This document shows positions 1 to 8,609 of a DNA stretch of 64,000 bases, one piece after another. The DNA lies in NCBI GenBank assembly GCA_963761865.1, contig CAVXIE010000002.1:274595-338594 (forward strand). The letters are read 5' to 3'. Within the stretch, counting starts at the first letter, position 1, and each line of letters begins with the position of its first letter. Below the pieces are notes generated by a model. The model worked only from the letters and a program-made list of their open reading frames with translations, did no database searches and was not told where the DNA came from. Made by a program: the position numbers and the translations under genes. The DNA comes from Candidatus Staskawiczbacteria bacterium. GTDB lineage: Bacteria > Patescibacteriota > Minisyncoccia > Minisyncoccales > Staskawiczbacteraceae.

Positions 1-1
1 C

Positions 2-356
2 GTTTTATACTTTATCTTGGTCATTATCTTTACTTATTTTTATACCGCCGTTACTTTTGACCCAAAAACGGTTTCAGAAAATTTGCAAAAAATGGGAGGA
101 TTTCATTCCGGGAGTAAGACCTGGCGAATCAACAACAAAATTTTTAGCCCATATTTTAAATAGGGTATTGTTCACCGGAGCTATTTTCTTGGGATTAATT
201 GCAGTGTTGCCAAGCATTATCGCCGCTGCCACGGGAATTACCGGTTTCACCTTTTTGATTGGAGGTACTTCACTTTTAATTATCGTCAGCGTGGTATTGG
301 ATACCATGCGTCAGGTAAATTCTCAATTGGAAATGAGAGAGTACGATACGTTCTAG
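2..356 (+). pseudogene. secY: SecY translocase subunit, C-terminal part (gene starts upstream of window); apparent 1-nt insertion near 104
   Basis: Frame 2 reads ..LYFILVIIFTYFYTAVTFDPKTVSENLQKMGGF, then the track ORF frame continues IPGVRPGESTTKFLAHILNRV..; together a typical SecY C-terminus; followed by adk-map as in spc operons. Confidence 0.85.
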
Positions 357-391
357 CTTTTAAGTGTTAGCTTATAGGTTTTAGTCAAAAA

Positions 392-414
392 ATCTGCCTT
401 CTGGCAGATTTTTT
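392..414 (+). terminator. intrinsic terminator after secY
   Basis: hairpin atctgcc/ggcagat followed by T-run. Confidence 0.6.
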
Positions 415-427
415 GATGAATTAAAAA

Positions 428-460
428 TAAAAAAATAGCCCCGAACGCGTTGCGTCGGGG
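428..460 (-). terminator. intrinsic terminator for the minus-strand gene 509..808
   Basis: GC hairpin ccccgaacgc/gcgtcgggg followed (minus strand) by T-run. Confidence 0.55.
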
Positions 461-508
461 ACCTGAAGTCGGTTGATTATTTAAACCTACGTTCTTTGAT
501 ATTTGCTT

Positions 509-808
509 TTACTTCTTCTTTTTGCGTTTAGCGCGGATTTTCCTTTTTAAATTGATTTTTTTCCATACTTTCCTGTGTTCTCTCAGTTCTTCTCGGATCT
601 CCTCGTCAATTTCTAAACCAGTTTCGATAAGGAACTCTTTGAGTTCAGCTGGCTCAACCCCGATTATATCTGCCTGTTCCTCAAAATAATCAGGATCAGT
701 TTCCCAAGTACCTTGAAGCCCCTCATTTTTGGGAGACAGATACCACTCGTCTATGAGTTCTTGAATTTCACTCTTACGTTCGGGAGTTAACATGATAAAT
801 CCTTTCAA
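509..808 (-). CDS. hypothetical acidic protein with K/R-rich C-terminal tail
   Basis: 99-aa ORF with its own terminator; no family recognised. Confidence 0.5.
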   Translation of the reverse strand: MKGFIMLTPERKSEIQELIDEWYLSPKNEGLQGTWETDPDYFEEQADIIGVEPAELKEFLIETGLEIDEEIREELREHRKVWKKINLKRKIRAKRKKKK

Positions 809-949
809 TCTAGTGACGTTTTTGTTGTTTTGAAGGGCAATGCACCCCTATGTTCTAATATTACATAATTTATATATAATGTCAACGGTTGCCGAAATTT
901 AAAATTCTGATACAATAAAAACGTAAATCTAAATATTAAATTAAATTTA

Positions 950-1660
950 ATGCCAAAACAAGTTGTAATTTTGTTCGGACCGCCGGGAGCTGGGAAGGGG
1001 ACTCAATCAGAGCTCTTATCTGAAAAGATGGGGCTGTATTTATTTGAAACGAGCAAAATGCTTGAGAAGGAATTCAAAAGAGCCGAAGCTATGCCGGAAA
1101 ATTCGCCGGAAAGATTTGTTGAAGTTGAAGGTGAAAAATTTGATGTTTTAAACGAAAAAGAAATTTGGAAAAAAGGAGAATTATGCAGTCCGCCGTGGGT
1201 AACTTATCTTACAATGAAAGAATTTAAACGATTGGCAGATAATGGAGATAGTTTAATTATTGCCGGTTCTCCAAGAACCGTTTACGAAGCCGAAAGAGAA
1301 ATGCCGATGCTGGCGGAGCTTTATGGTAAAGAAAACATTCATATTGCCATGATTGAAATTTCTGCAGAAGTCACAGTTTTTAGAAATACTCACAGAAAAA
1401 TTTGCGAGCTAATCAGGCATTCAATTTTGTTTAATGATGAAACTAAAGATTTAAAACTTTGTCCGCTTGACGGCTCAAATCTCATGAAAAGAAAAGATTT
1501 GGATGATCCCGAAACCATCAAGACAAGGCTTGATCAGTATAAAGAAAGAACTTTGCCTTTGTTTAATTACTTTAAAAAAAGCGGCTATAACGTGGCAAAA
1601 ATAAACGGGGAAAAATATGTGGCTCAGGTTCACGATCAGATTTTAAAAGCAATAAGTTAA
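950..1660 (+). CDS. adk: adenylate kinase
   Basis: P-loop ILFGPPGAGKGTQ, position between secY and map. Confidence 0.9.
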   Translation: MPKQVVILFGPPGAGKGTQSELLSEKMGLYLFETSKMLEKEFKRAEAMPENSPERFVEVEGEKFDVLNEKEIWKKGELCSPPWVTYLTMKEFKRLADNGDSLIIAGSPRTVYEAEREMPMLAELYGKENIHIAMIEISAEVTVFRNTHRKICELIRHSILFNDETKDLKLCPLDGSNLMKRKDLDDPETIKTRLDQYKERTLPLFNYFKKSGYNVAKINGEKYVAQVHDQILKAIS

Positions 1661-2406
1661 TGAATTTAATTAAAACTCCGGAAGAAATTAAAATTATGGC
1701 TGAGGGAGGTAAAATCCTGGCTGAGGTTTTAAAAGAGGTTGAAAAAATGGTAAAGCCAGGGATTACCACCTTGGAGTTAGACAGAGCCGCTGAGGCTCTG
1801 ATTTTGAAACGCGGAGCAAAACCGGCGTTTAAGGGCTATGAAGGATTTCCTTTTACACTATGCGCCTCTGTAAACGAAGTTGTCGTTCATGGATTTCCGT
1901 CAAATTACATTCTGAAAGAAGGTGATATCATTGGGCTGGATTTGGGAGTTTTGTATAAAGGTTTTAACACAGATATGGCTTCAACATTGGCGGTTGGTGA
2001 AATTTCATTTGAAGCGCGAAGATTAATTCAGGCGACAAAAAAATCGTTGCGGCTGGGAATTAAAAAAGCGCGAGCCGGAGTTACAACTGGAGATATTGGC
2101 AATACTATTCAAAGATTTTTGGAAGGCCAAGGATATGGTGTTATAAAAGATTTATGCGGACACGGAATTGGCAGGGAAGTGCACGAAGATCCGTTGGTCC
2201 CAAATTATGGCGAACGGCACAAGGGATTTGAATTAAAAGAGGGAATGGTAATTTGCATAGAGCCGATGGTTTCAATTGGAAGCTGGCAGATTAAAAAAGC
2301 TAAGGACGGGTATGGTTTTGCCACCAAAGATAATTCGCTGGCGGCTCATTTTGAACACACCCTGGCAATAACAAAAGATGGGTGTAAAGTTCTTACGGAG
2401 TTATAA
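1660..2406 (+). CDS. map: type I methionine aminopeptidase
   Basis: motifs VVHGFP, DIIGLDLG, CGHGIGREVHE, FEHT; overlapping TAATG junction with adk. Confidence 0.95.
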   Translation: MNLIKTPEEIKIMAEGGKILAEVLKEVEKMVKPGITTLELDRAAEALILKRGAKPAFKGYEGFPFTLCASVNEVVVHGFPSNYILKEGDIIGLDLGVLYKGFNTDMASTLAVGEISFEARRLIQATKKSLRLGIKKARAGVTTGDIGNTIQRFLEGQGYGVIKDLCGHGIGREVHEDPLVPNYGERHKGFELKEGMVICIEPMVSIGSWQIKKAKDGYGFATKDNSLAAHFEHTLAITKDGCKVLTEL

Positions 2407-2473
2407 TCCATAAGATGTTGTTTGGCTCCTCTTGGGGCTTTTTTGTTTGTAAAAAATATATTACAATTAATAC

Positions 2474-3274
2474 ATGAAACAAATAATTATTGCCAATTGG
2501 AAAATGAATCCAGCTACCCAAAAAGAGGCTAAGCAACTTTTTGATGGTGTAAAAAAGGGCATTAAGAACACTAAAATAGATGTTGTTATTTGTCCGCCGT
2601 TTGTTTATCTTGAAGAAATATCCGGTCTGACACTTGGCGCACAGGACGTTTTTTATAAAGAAAAAGGCGCGTTTACCGGAGAAATTTCACCGCAGATGTT
2701 AAAAGACTTAAGGGTTGAATATGTAATAGTTGGCCATTCGGAAAGAAGAAGATATTTTGGCGAAACGGATGAAACGATAAATAAAAAGATAAAAGCCGTG
2801 CTTGATTCCAAACTAAAGCCTATTTTTTGTGTTGGCGAAAATGAGGGAGAAGATAAGCAAACGGTTGTTGAAAGGCAGATTGCAGAAGGCTTGAAAGATA
2901 TTTCGCGCGATAGCTTAAAAAATATTATTGTAGCTTATGAGCCGGTGTGGGCGATTAGCTCGTCCCCCACTAACTTTGAATCAAGACAGGGGAGGGGCGA
3001 CATGAGTTCAAAACTAAATTCAAAGTTAGTGGGGGATAAAGTAAAAAATTGCTCTATTGATGAGACTATGAAATCCATTCTGCTGATAAGAAAGACTCTT
3101 TCAAATTTATTTAGCAGGCAATTGGCCGACAAAATGCCAATTCTTTATGGTGGAAGTGTTACCTCCAAAAATTCGGCGCAATACTTAAAAGATGCTGGCG
3201 TAGATGGTTTGTTAGTTGGCGGAGCGTCGCTGGACGCCGTAGAATTCTCAGAAATAGTAAAATCCGCTGATTAG
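2474..3274 (+). CDS. tpiA: triosephosphate isomerase with a 24-25 aa in-frame insertion in the AIGTG lid region
   Basis: NWKMN, VGHSERR, AYEPVWAI, LYGGSV motifs; insertion SSSPTNFESRQGRGDMSSKLNSKLV between WAI and GDK. Confidence 0.85.
   Translation: MKQIIIANWKMNPATQKEAKQLFDGVKKGIKNTKIDVVICPPFVYLEEISGLTLGAQDVFYKEKGAFTGEISPQMLKDLRVEYVIVGHSERRRYFGETDETINKKIKAVLDSKLKPIFCVGENEGEDKQTVVERQIAEGLKDISRDSLKNIIVAYEPVWAISSSPTNFESRQGRGDMSSKLNSKLVGDKVKNCSIDETMKSILLIRKTLSNLFSRQLADKMPILYGGSVTSKNSAQYLKDAGVDGLLVGGASLDAVEFSEIVKSAD
2964..3035. repeat. 72-nt palindromic element inside tpiA (perfect 18-bp arms, 36-nt loop), in frame
   Basis: cccccactaactttgaat (2964-2981) is the exact reverse complement of attcaaagttagtggggg (3018-3035). 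Confidence 0.9.
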
Positions 3275-3308
3275 TTTGACTTTTTTTTGGGTTGACGTAT
3301 ATTGAAGA

Positions 3309-3842
3309 ATGGAAAGCGAAATGCAAAATGGGGAATTTTTTAGCCCGACCAAGGGTAATTTGGAGTTTAAACAAGTAATAAGAGAAATTTTTGATTATAT
3401 TTCGGAGCAGCCGGAATTTTTTTATGATATTATTGTCGGGTGCGATTCGCCGTCATCGGAAAAACCGTTTTTTCCAATTGCTATTGTTGTTTTAAGAACC
3501 GGCTCGGGTGGCAGGTTTTTCCTTAAGAAAATGCATTATCCTGACAATTTTTTAAAGAAATTTGCAAATGTCACCACTAATTGGAAAAACAGAATTTTGC
3601 AGGAAGTCTATTTGTCTTGCGAGTTGGCGTTAACTTTGCGCGAGACTCTAGAAAAAGAATTTGGCAAAGCAACGCCAACTTTTAATTATCAATTTCAGTA
3701 TATCCACGCCGACGTGGGGGAGAAAGGCAAAACCAGGGAAATGGTAAAAGAAGTGACCGGCTTGATTCGCGCCAACGGATTTGAACCGATGATAAAACCA
3801 TATTCTTTTGCGGCGTCAGTAGTGGCGGATCGATATACATAA
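3309..3842 (+). CDS. YkuK/DUF458-like (RNase H-like fold) protein
   Basis: size about 177 aa, IIVGCDS.. and C-terminal AASVVADRYT resemble the YkuK family; recollection only. Confidence 0.45.
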   Translation: MESEMQNGEFFSPTKGNLEFKQVIREIFDYISEQPEFFYDIIVGCDSPSSEKPFFPIAIVVLRTGSGGRFFLKKMHYPDNFLKKFANVTTNWKNRILQEVYLSCELALTLRETLEKEFGKATPTFNYQFQYIHADVGEKGKTREMVKEVTGLIRANGFEPMIKPYSFAASVVADRYT

Positions 3843-3882
3843 AAAGCGTCTCAAATGGTGGAAATGAGCCGCTTTTTAGTTA

Positions 3883-3911
3883 TTGCGTATAAAGTCTTTG
3901 TGTTATATAAT
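3883..3911 (+). promoter_or_regulatory. sigma70-like promoter upstream of alaS
   Basis: TTGCGT - 17 nt - TATAAT. Confidence 0.4.
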
Positions 3912-3933
3912 GGAGCAATGAAATCGTCAAGAA

Positions 3934-5622
3934 TTGCGGCAAAAGTTTCTCAGTTTTTTTGAAAAGCATGGGCACATGATAATTCCCAGCGCTTCTTTAA
4001 TTCCGAAAGATTCCACTGTATTATTTGTAACCGCCGGAATGCAGCCGCTGGTGCCTTTTTTGTTAGGAGAGACGCATCCTAAAGGGGAAAGGCTGGTTAA
4101 TTATCAAAAATGTATTCGAACAAACGATATCGCGGAAGTTGGCGACGATACTCATTTAACTTTTTTTGAAATGCTTGGCAACTGGTCGCTGGGCGATTAC
4201 TGGAAAAATGAATCAATTAAATGGAGCTTTGAATTTTTAACCAAGGAACTAGAAATTCCAATTGAAAGACTGGCGGTGTCATGTTTTATTGGAGACGAAA
4301 ATGCGCCAAAAGATCGGGAATCAGCAGATATTTGGGAAAACCTGGGAATAAAAAAAGAGCGGATTGCGTTTTTGCCAAAGGAGGATAATTGGTGGGGTCC
4401 GGTTTCAGATTCGGGTCCGTGCGGTCCTGACACAGAAATTTTCTATTGGAAATCAAATGATATTCTGGCGCCGGTTGCATTTGATCCAACCGACAAAAAT
4501 TGGGTTGAAATTTGGAATAATGTTTTCATGCAATACGTAAAAACTCAGGATGGAACATATGCGTTGGCCGAGCAAAAAAATGTTGATACCGGCATGGGGT
4601 TTGAACGGATTGTTGCGATGTTGAACAATAAAAAAAGCGTGTATGAAATTGATGTGTTTGAACCGATAATGAACCTTTTTCCCGGCGAGTTTGATGAACG
4701 GAAAAAACGAATTATTGCTGACCATGCCAAAGCCTCAATGTTTTTAATCTCTGATGGAGTAATCCCCTCAAATAAAGATCAAGGATATGTGCTAAGACGA
4801 TTATTAAGAAGAATGATAGTTCATCTAAGAGGAGTGAGCGGAGTTGAATTATTGGAGCCAGTAAAAAAATGCATAGAAATTTATAAAGATCTGTATGAAT
4901 TAGATGAAAATAAAATTCTATCGGTGATAAAAGAAGAAGCGGATAAATTTGAAAAAACTCTTACATCCGGATTAAAAACCATAGAAAAAATTGATGTGAT
5001 TAATGGCAAAGAAGCTTTTTTGCTGTATGAAACGTATGGATTTCCGCTGGAAGTGCTGGAAGAAATGCGCGAGGTTGATAATCGGGAACAATTTTTTGAA
5101 GAATTAAAAAAACATCAGGAGCTTTCAAGAACCGCTTCGGCCGGAATGTTTAAGGGTGGATTGGCAGATCATGAACCAAAAACTATAAAATTACATACGG
5201 CTCATCATTTACTTTTGGCTGCTCTGCAAGAAATGTTTGGGAAGCAAGTAAAGCAAAAAGGAAGCAATATAAATTCTGAAAGACTAAGATTGGATTTTTC
5301 TTTTGACAGAAAATTAACCGATGAGGAAAAAAAGAAAATTGAAAATATGGTACAATCAAAGATAGACGAAGCCTTGGATGTGGTAAAAAAAGAAATGCCA
5401 AAAGAGGAAGCCGAAAAAATTGGCGCAGAAATGGAATTTGGTGTAAAATACGGTAATACGGTGTTCGTTTATTTTGTTGAAGATAAAAAGGGAAATGTTT
5501 TCAGCAAAGAATTTTGCGGAGGTCCGCATGTAAAAAATACCTCAGAGCTGGGTAAGTTTTATATTATAAAGGAAGAGGCCGTAAGTTCTGGGGTGCGAAG
5601 AATAAAAGCAGGGTTAAAGTGA
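3934..5622 (+). CDS. alaS: alanine--tRNA ligase, short form lacking the C-terminal (C-Ala) domain
   Basis: RQKFLSFFEKHGH, TNDIAEVGDDTHLTFFEMLGNWS, HTAHHLL, CGGPHV; TTG start at 3934 (an out-of-frame ATG lies at 3918, start uncertain). Confidence 0.85.
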   Translation: MRQKFLSFFEKHGHMIIPSASLIPKDSTVLFVTAGMQPLVPFLLGETHPKGERLVNYQKCIRTNDIAEVGDDTHLTFFEMLGNWSLGDYWKNESIKWSFEFLTKELEIPIERLAVSCFIGDENAPKDRESADIWENLGIKKERIAFLPKEDNWWGPVSDSGPCGPDTEIFYWKSNDILAPVAFDPTDKNWVEIWNNVFMQYVKTQDGTYALAEQKNVDTGMGFERIVAMLNNKKSVYEIDVFEPIMNLFPGEFDERKKRIIADHAKASMFLISDGVIPSNKDQGYVLRRLLRRMIVHLRGVSGVELLEPVKKCIEIYKDLYELDENKILSVIKEEADKFEKTLTSGLKTIEKIDVINGKEAFLLYETYGFPLEVLEEMREVDNREQFFEELKKHQELSRTASAGMFKGGLADHEPKTIKLHTAHHLLLAALQEMFGKQVKQKGSNINSERLRLDFSFDRKLTDEEKKKIENMVQSKIDEALDVVKKEMPKEEAEKIGAEMEFGVKYGNTVFVYFVEDKKGNVFSKEFCGGPHVKNTSELGKFYIIKEEAVSSGVRRIKAGLK

Positions 5623-5688
5623 TTAGCTTTTAGCTTATAGGTGTTAGCTTATAGTCAAAACTAAAAGCCAAAACCTAGAAGCTAAAAA
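5623..5688. repeat. TAG/CTA-word palindromic element (family C)
   Basis: ttttagcttataggtgttagcttatagt / actaaaagccaaaacctagaagctaaaa, about 24 of 28 complementary. Confidence 0.7.
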
Positions 5689-5698
5689 TTTAAAATCG

Positions 5699-6979
5699 AT
5701 GAAGAAAAAAATCTACGATATTTTACCGCCAAAGTTGGCAAAAAAAATAGAAAAAGATTCCAAGTTGGCAGGTGGTATCACGATAAGCAAACGTAAACCG
5801 CAGAAAGCAATTTCTCATAGAAAGACAGAAAGAAAGTTTCCGATTTGGCAGGTCGTTGCCGGCGTTTTGGTTATTATTATCGTAATTGGTGTTTATTTAT
5901 ATAACACTTTGCCGTATGTTAAAATACAGGTTTCGCCTAAATTCAGTGACGTAAATATTCAGGACAGTTTGACAGCTGATAAATCTTTTCAAAATGTAGA
6001 TTTAACTCAAAAAACTATTCCTGCACAATATATAGAAATTGAAAAAGACGGCGCCCAGGATTTTTTGGCAACCGGAAGCGCGACAAATGGCGGAAATGCT
6101 TCAGGGACTATCACTGTATATAACAAAGTAACTCCGGCAACTCCCATTATACTAAAAGCCGGTACTCACTTTTTATCAGATTCCGGTAAATATTTTAAAT
6201 CTGTAAGCAAAATTACAATTCCGCCAATGAAAGGCAAGACACCCGGTTCTGTAAGTGTTGCGGTTCAGGCAGAACAAACAGGGGCAGATTTTAATATCGG
6301 CGCATCTAATTTTTCTGTACCGGGACTTTCCGGTACTTCATATTATTATGGGGTTTGGGCAGTATCAACATCTGCAATGTCCGGAGGTTTTTCAGGAAAC
6401 GTAAAAAAGGTTACTGCTGATGACATACAAACTGCTCAGGGCATTTTGACTAAAAAACTATCAGACGATGCCATTTCTTCAATAAAAAGCTCTCTTACTC
6501 AAGACGAAATTTTGCTTGATGGCGCAGTGTCAACAAATATGTTAAGCGCGAATTCTGATACTGATGCAAACTCAATCAAAGACAGTTTTAACGAAAGCGT
6601 AAAAGTGCAAGCTTCGGCGCTGGTATTTAAAAAATCTGATTTACAACAATTTGTTAAAAACGATATTTCAGCTCAATTAACCGATGGGCAAAGTCTGCTG
6701 GAGAAAAGTTTGAGTGTAAATTACAGTGCAGACTCAGTTGATTTGCAGGGCGGAACCGAAAAAATAAATCTGCAAATTTTGGCAAAAAGTTATTATAATT
6801 TAGATCTGCAAAGCCTGGTCGGTTCATTAAGCGGAAAATCGTCTTCCGATATAAAAGCAATCATCAGTTCAAAATACAGTGGGGAAGTCGCCAGCACCAA
6901 AGTAAACTTCTGGCCATTATGGGTAAATTCCGCCCCAACAAATCAAAAGCGAATAAATATCAGCTTGAATTTACAATAA
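5699..6979 (+). CDS. hypothetical membrane-anchored protein
   Basis: 426-aa ORF, one N-terminal TM segment (IWQVVAGVLVIIIVIGVYLY), Ser/Thr-rich extracytoplasmic part. Confidence 0.6.
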   Translation: MKKKIYDILPPKLAKKIEKDSKLAGGITISKRKPQKAISHRKTERKFPIWQVVAGVLVIIIVIGVYLYNTLPYVKIQVSPKFSDVNIQDSLTADKSFQNVDLTQKTIPAQYIEIEKDGAQDFLATGSATNGGNASGTITVYNKVTPATPIILKAGTHFLSDSGKYFKSVSKITIPPMKGKTPGSVSVAVQAEQTGADFNIGASNFSVPGLSGTSYYYGVWAVSTSAMSGGFSGNVKKVTADDIQTAQGILTKKLSDDAISSIKSSLTQDEILLDGAVSTNMLSANSDTDANSIKDSFNESVKVQASALVFKKSDLQQFVKNDISAQLTDGQSLLEKSLSVNYSADSVDLQGGTEKINLQILAKSYYNLDLQSLVGSLSGKSSSDIKAIISSKYSGEVASTKVNFWPLWVNSAPTNQKRINISLNLQ

Positions 6980-6996
6980 CAATGAACGCAAGTAAA

Positions 6997-7023
6997 AATC
7001 GCCGATAAAAACGGCGATTTTTA
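6997..7023 (+). terminator. intrinsic terminator
   Basis: aatcgccg/cggcgatt hairpin plus T-run. Confidence 0.65.
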
Positions 7024-7061
7024 CTTGCAGAACATTTTCATCGCTTCTGGACCTCCTTTGT

Positions 7062-7286
7062 TATGGAGAGGGAAAGGAGCAGAACAGGCGTATCGTCTAC
7101 ATCGAAGCGCGTACGGTGGCTATGCGGGGTGTTTGGGACGAAGCCAAGCAGAAGATCGTGCCGTCCAAGGATACGGACGATGGCCTGATCAAGAATTGGC
7201 TTGCGGCCATGGTCTTCTCGAAACTGTTCCCTGCGTTACAAGTAAGCCGGGAAGATAGAGTTTCGTCGTTCGACCCGCCGGCATGA
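7062..7286 (+). pseudogene. GC-richer fragment resembling the 3' end of a foreign gene
   Basis: frame 3 reads ..EQNRRIVYIEARTVAMRGVWDEAKQKIVPSKDTDDGLIKNWLAAMVFSKLFPALQVSREDRVSSFDPPA*; no plausible start; composition unlike flanks. Confidence 0.3.
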
Positions 7287-7415
7287 GGAAAACCTTCAGC
7301 CGCAGTTCACAAACCACACTGCGAAATCAAAAGTGGATGATATATTTTAAAGGCCCAAGGATGGTTATCCAAGGGCTTTTACATTGTACAAAAATCCGCT
7401 AATACAACGCCCCGA

Positions 7416-7447
7416 TACTCTATTTTAAAAGCTTTTAAAATAGAGTA
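7416..7447. repeat. perfect 32-nt palindrome centred on AAGCTT, nested in an outer stem (7409-7418 / 7493-7501) plus T-run
   Basis: tactctattttaaaagcttttaaaatagagta equals its own reverse complement. Confidence 0.85.
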
Positions 7448-7590
7448 TAAAATTCCAAATTCTTGATACTTACTTCTTAATACTTAATTCTCGTATCGGG
7501 CTTTTATTTCGTACAATTATCTGTTATAGTTACCAATAATCACCAGAGATATTGACTATTATATATATTTTTGTTAGTATCTATTCATTG

Positions 7591-7833
7591 ATGCAAGAAG
7601 CTATAAACAGCGAACAAAATTCTAAAAAGATATTCAAACTGGAAGGCAGAGTTATGGAGGCTTTACCAAACGCCTCTTTTAAAGTATTGTTGCCCGACGG
7701 CAGAGAAATTCTGGGATTTTTATCCGGAAAAATGAGATTGAATAAAATCAAAATTTTGGCCGGTGATAAAGTAACTTTAGAAATGACTCCCTATGATGTA
7801 AATAAAGGGAGAATAGTATATAGACTAAAGTAG
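7591..7833 (+). CDS. infA: translation initiation factor IF-1
   Basis: KLEGRVMEALPNASFKVLLPDGREILGFLSGKMRLNKIKILAGDKVTLEMTPYDVNKGRIVYR; ATG at 7591 preferred over track start. Confidence 0.9.
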   Translation: MQEAINSEQNSKKIFKLEGRVMEALPNASFKVLLPDGREILGFLSGKMRLNKIKILAGDKVTLEMTPYDVNKGRIVYRLK

Positions 7834-7952
7834 CTAATTAACCTAATTATTCTAATTGACCTAATCAAATCCCAGTACACATGTCAAAATTGGAAATTAG
7901 GATTTAGGCATTATTTAGAATAATTAGAGCAATTAGTATAATTAGAATAATT
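7834..7952. repeat. CTAATTAG-word inverted-repeat element, ORF-less copy (family B)
   Basis: collinear with both arms of the element at 54629-55103; fills the infA stop to rpmJ start gap. Confidence 0.75.
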
Positions 7953-7955
7953 CAC

Positions 7956-8072
7956 ATGAAAGTACGACCATCGGTAAAAAAAATTTGTAATGACTGCAAA
8001 ATCGTCAAACGAGAGGGTTGTATTTATGTTATTTGCAAAAAGAATCCAAAACATAAACAAAGACAGGGCTAA
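7956..8072 (+). CDS. rpmJ: 50S ribosomal protein L36
   Basis: [38 protein letters not shown] (38 aa, below the ORF-track cut-off). Confidence 0.9.
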   Translation: MKVRPSVKKICNDCKIVKREGCIYVICKKNPKHKQRQG

Positions 8073-8118
8073 TTCTAAGTTATATTTAAGATATTATTTA
8101 AATTAAACATCATTTAAC

Positions 8119-8508
8119 ATGCCAAGAATTGCGGGAGTAAGTATCCCAGAAAATAAAAGAATAGAAATTGCTTTAACCTATATTTATGGAATAGGCAATA
8201 CTTTGTCTAAGAAAATTTTAAAAGAAACTCAGATTGATTTCAATAAGAAAGCAAAAGACTTAACCCCAAAAGAAGTTAACGACTTAAAAGATCTTATTGA
8301 AAAGAATTACAAAATTGAAGGAGATTTAAGGAGACAGGTTATGATCCAAATCAAAAGATTGAAAGACATAGGAACCTGGAGAGGATCAAGACATTCTAAA
8401 AAATTACCGGTAAGAGGACAAAGAACAAAAACAAATACAAGAACTGTCAGGGGAAATGTAAGAAAGACCATGGGTTCTGGTAGAAAGCCATCGGCAAGCC
8501 CAACATAA
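8119..8508 (+). CDS. rpsM: 30S ribosomal protein S13
   Basis: [43 protein letters not shown]. Confidence 0.95.
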   Translation: MPRIAGVSIPENKRIEIALTYIYGIGNTLSKKILKETQIDFNKKAKDLTPKEVNDLKDLIEKNYKIEGDLRRQVMIQIKRLKDIGTWRGSRHSKKLPVRGQRTKTNTRTVRGNVRKTMGSGRKPSASPT

Positions 8509-8510
8509 AC

Positions 8511-8579
8511 GAGCCGCAGCGAAGACTTACCCCGCCCTCTATGCTAGATGAGAAATTCAAAAGCTTAGAGGGCGGGGTA
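8511..8579. repeat. GC-stem palindromic element (family A)
   Basis: gagccgcagcgaagactt + taccccgccctcta (8528-8541) ... tagagggcggggta (8566-8579). Confidence 0.85.
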
Positions 8580-8609
8580 ATAATTAATTCACTACGTTCA
8601 TAAATTATT

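Noticed and set aside
7025-7258. 77-aa track ORF in the GC-rich patch.
   Set aside because: It looks like a GC shadow frame (Gly/Arg/Ala/Pro-rich). Another frame gives a more protein-like reading that ends at 7286.
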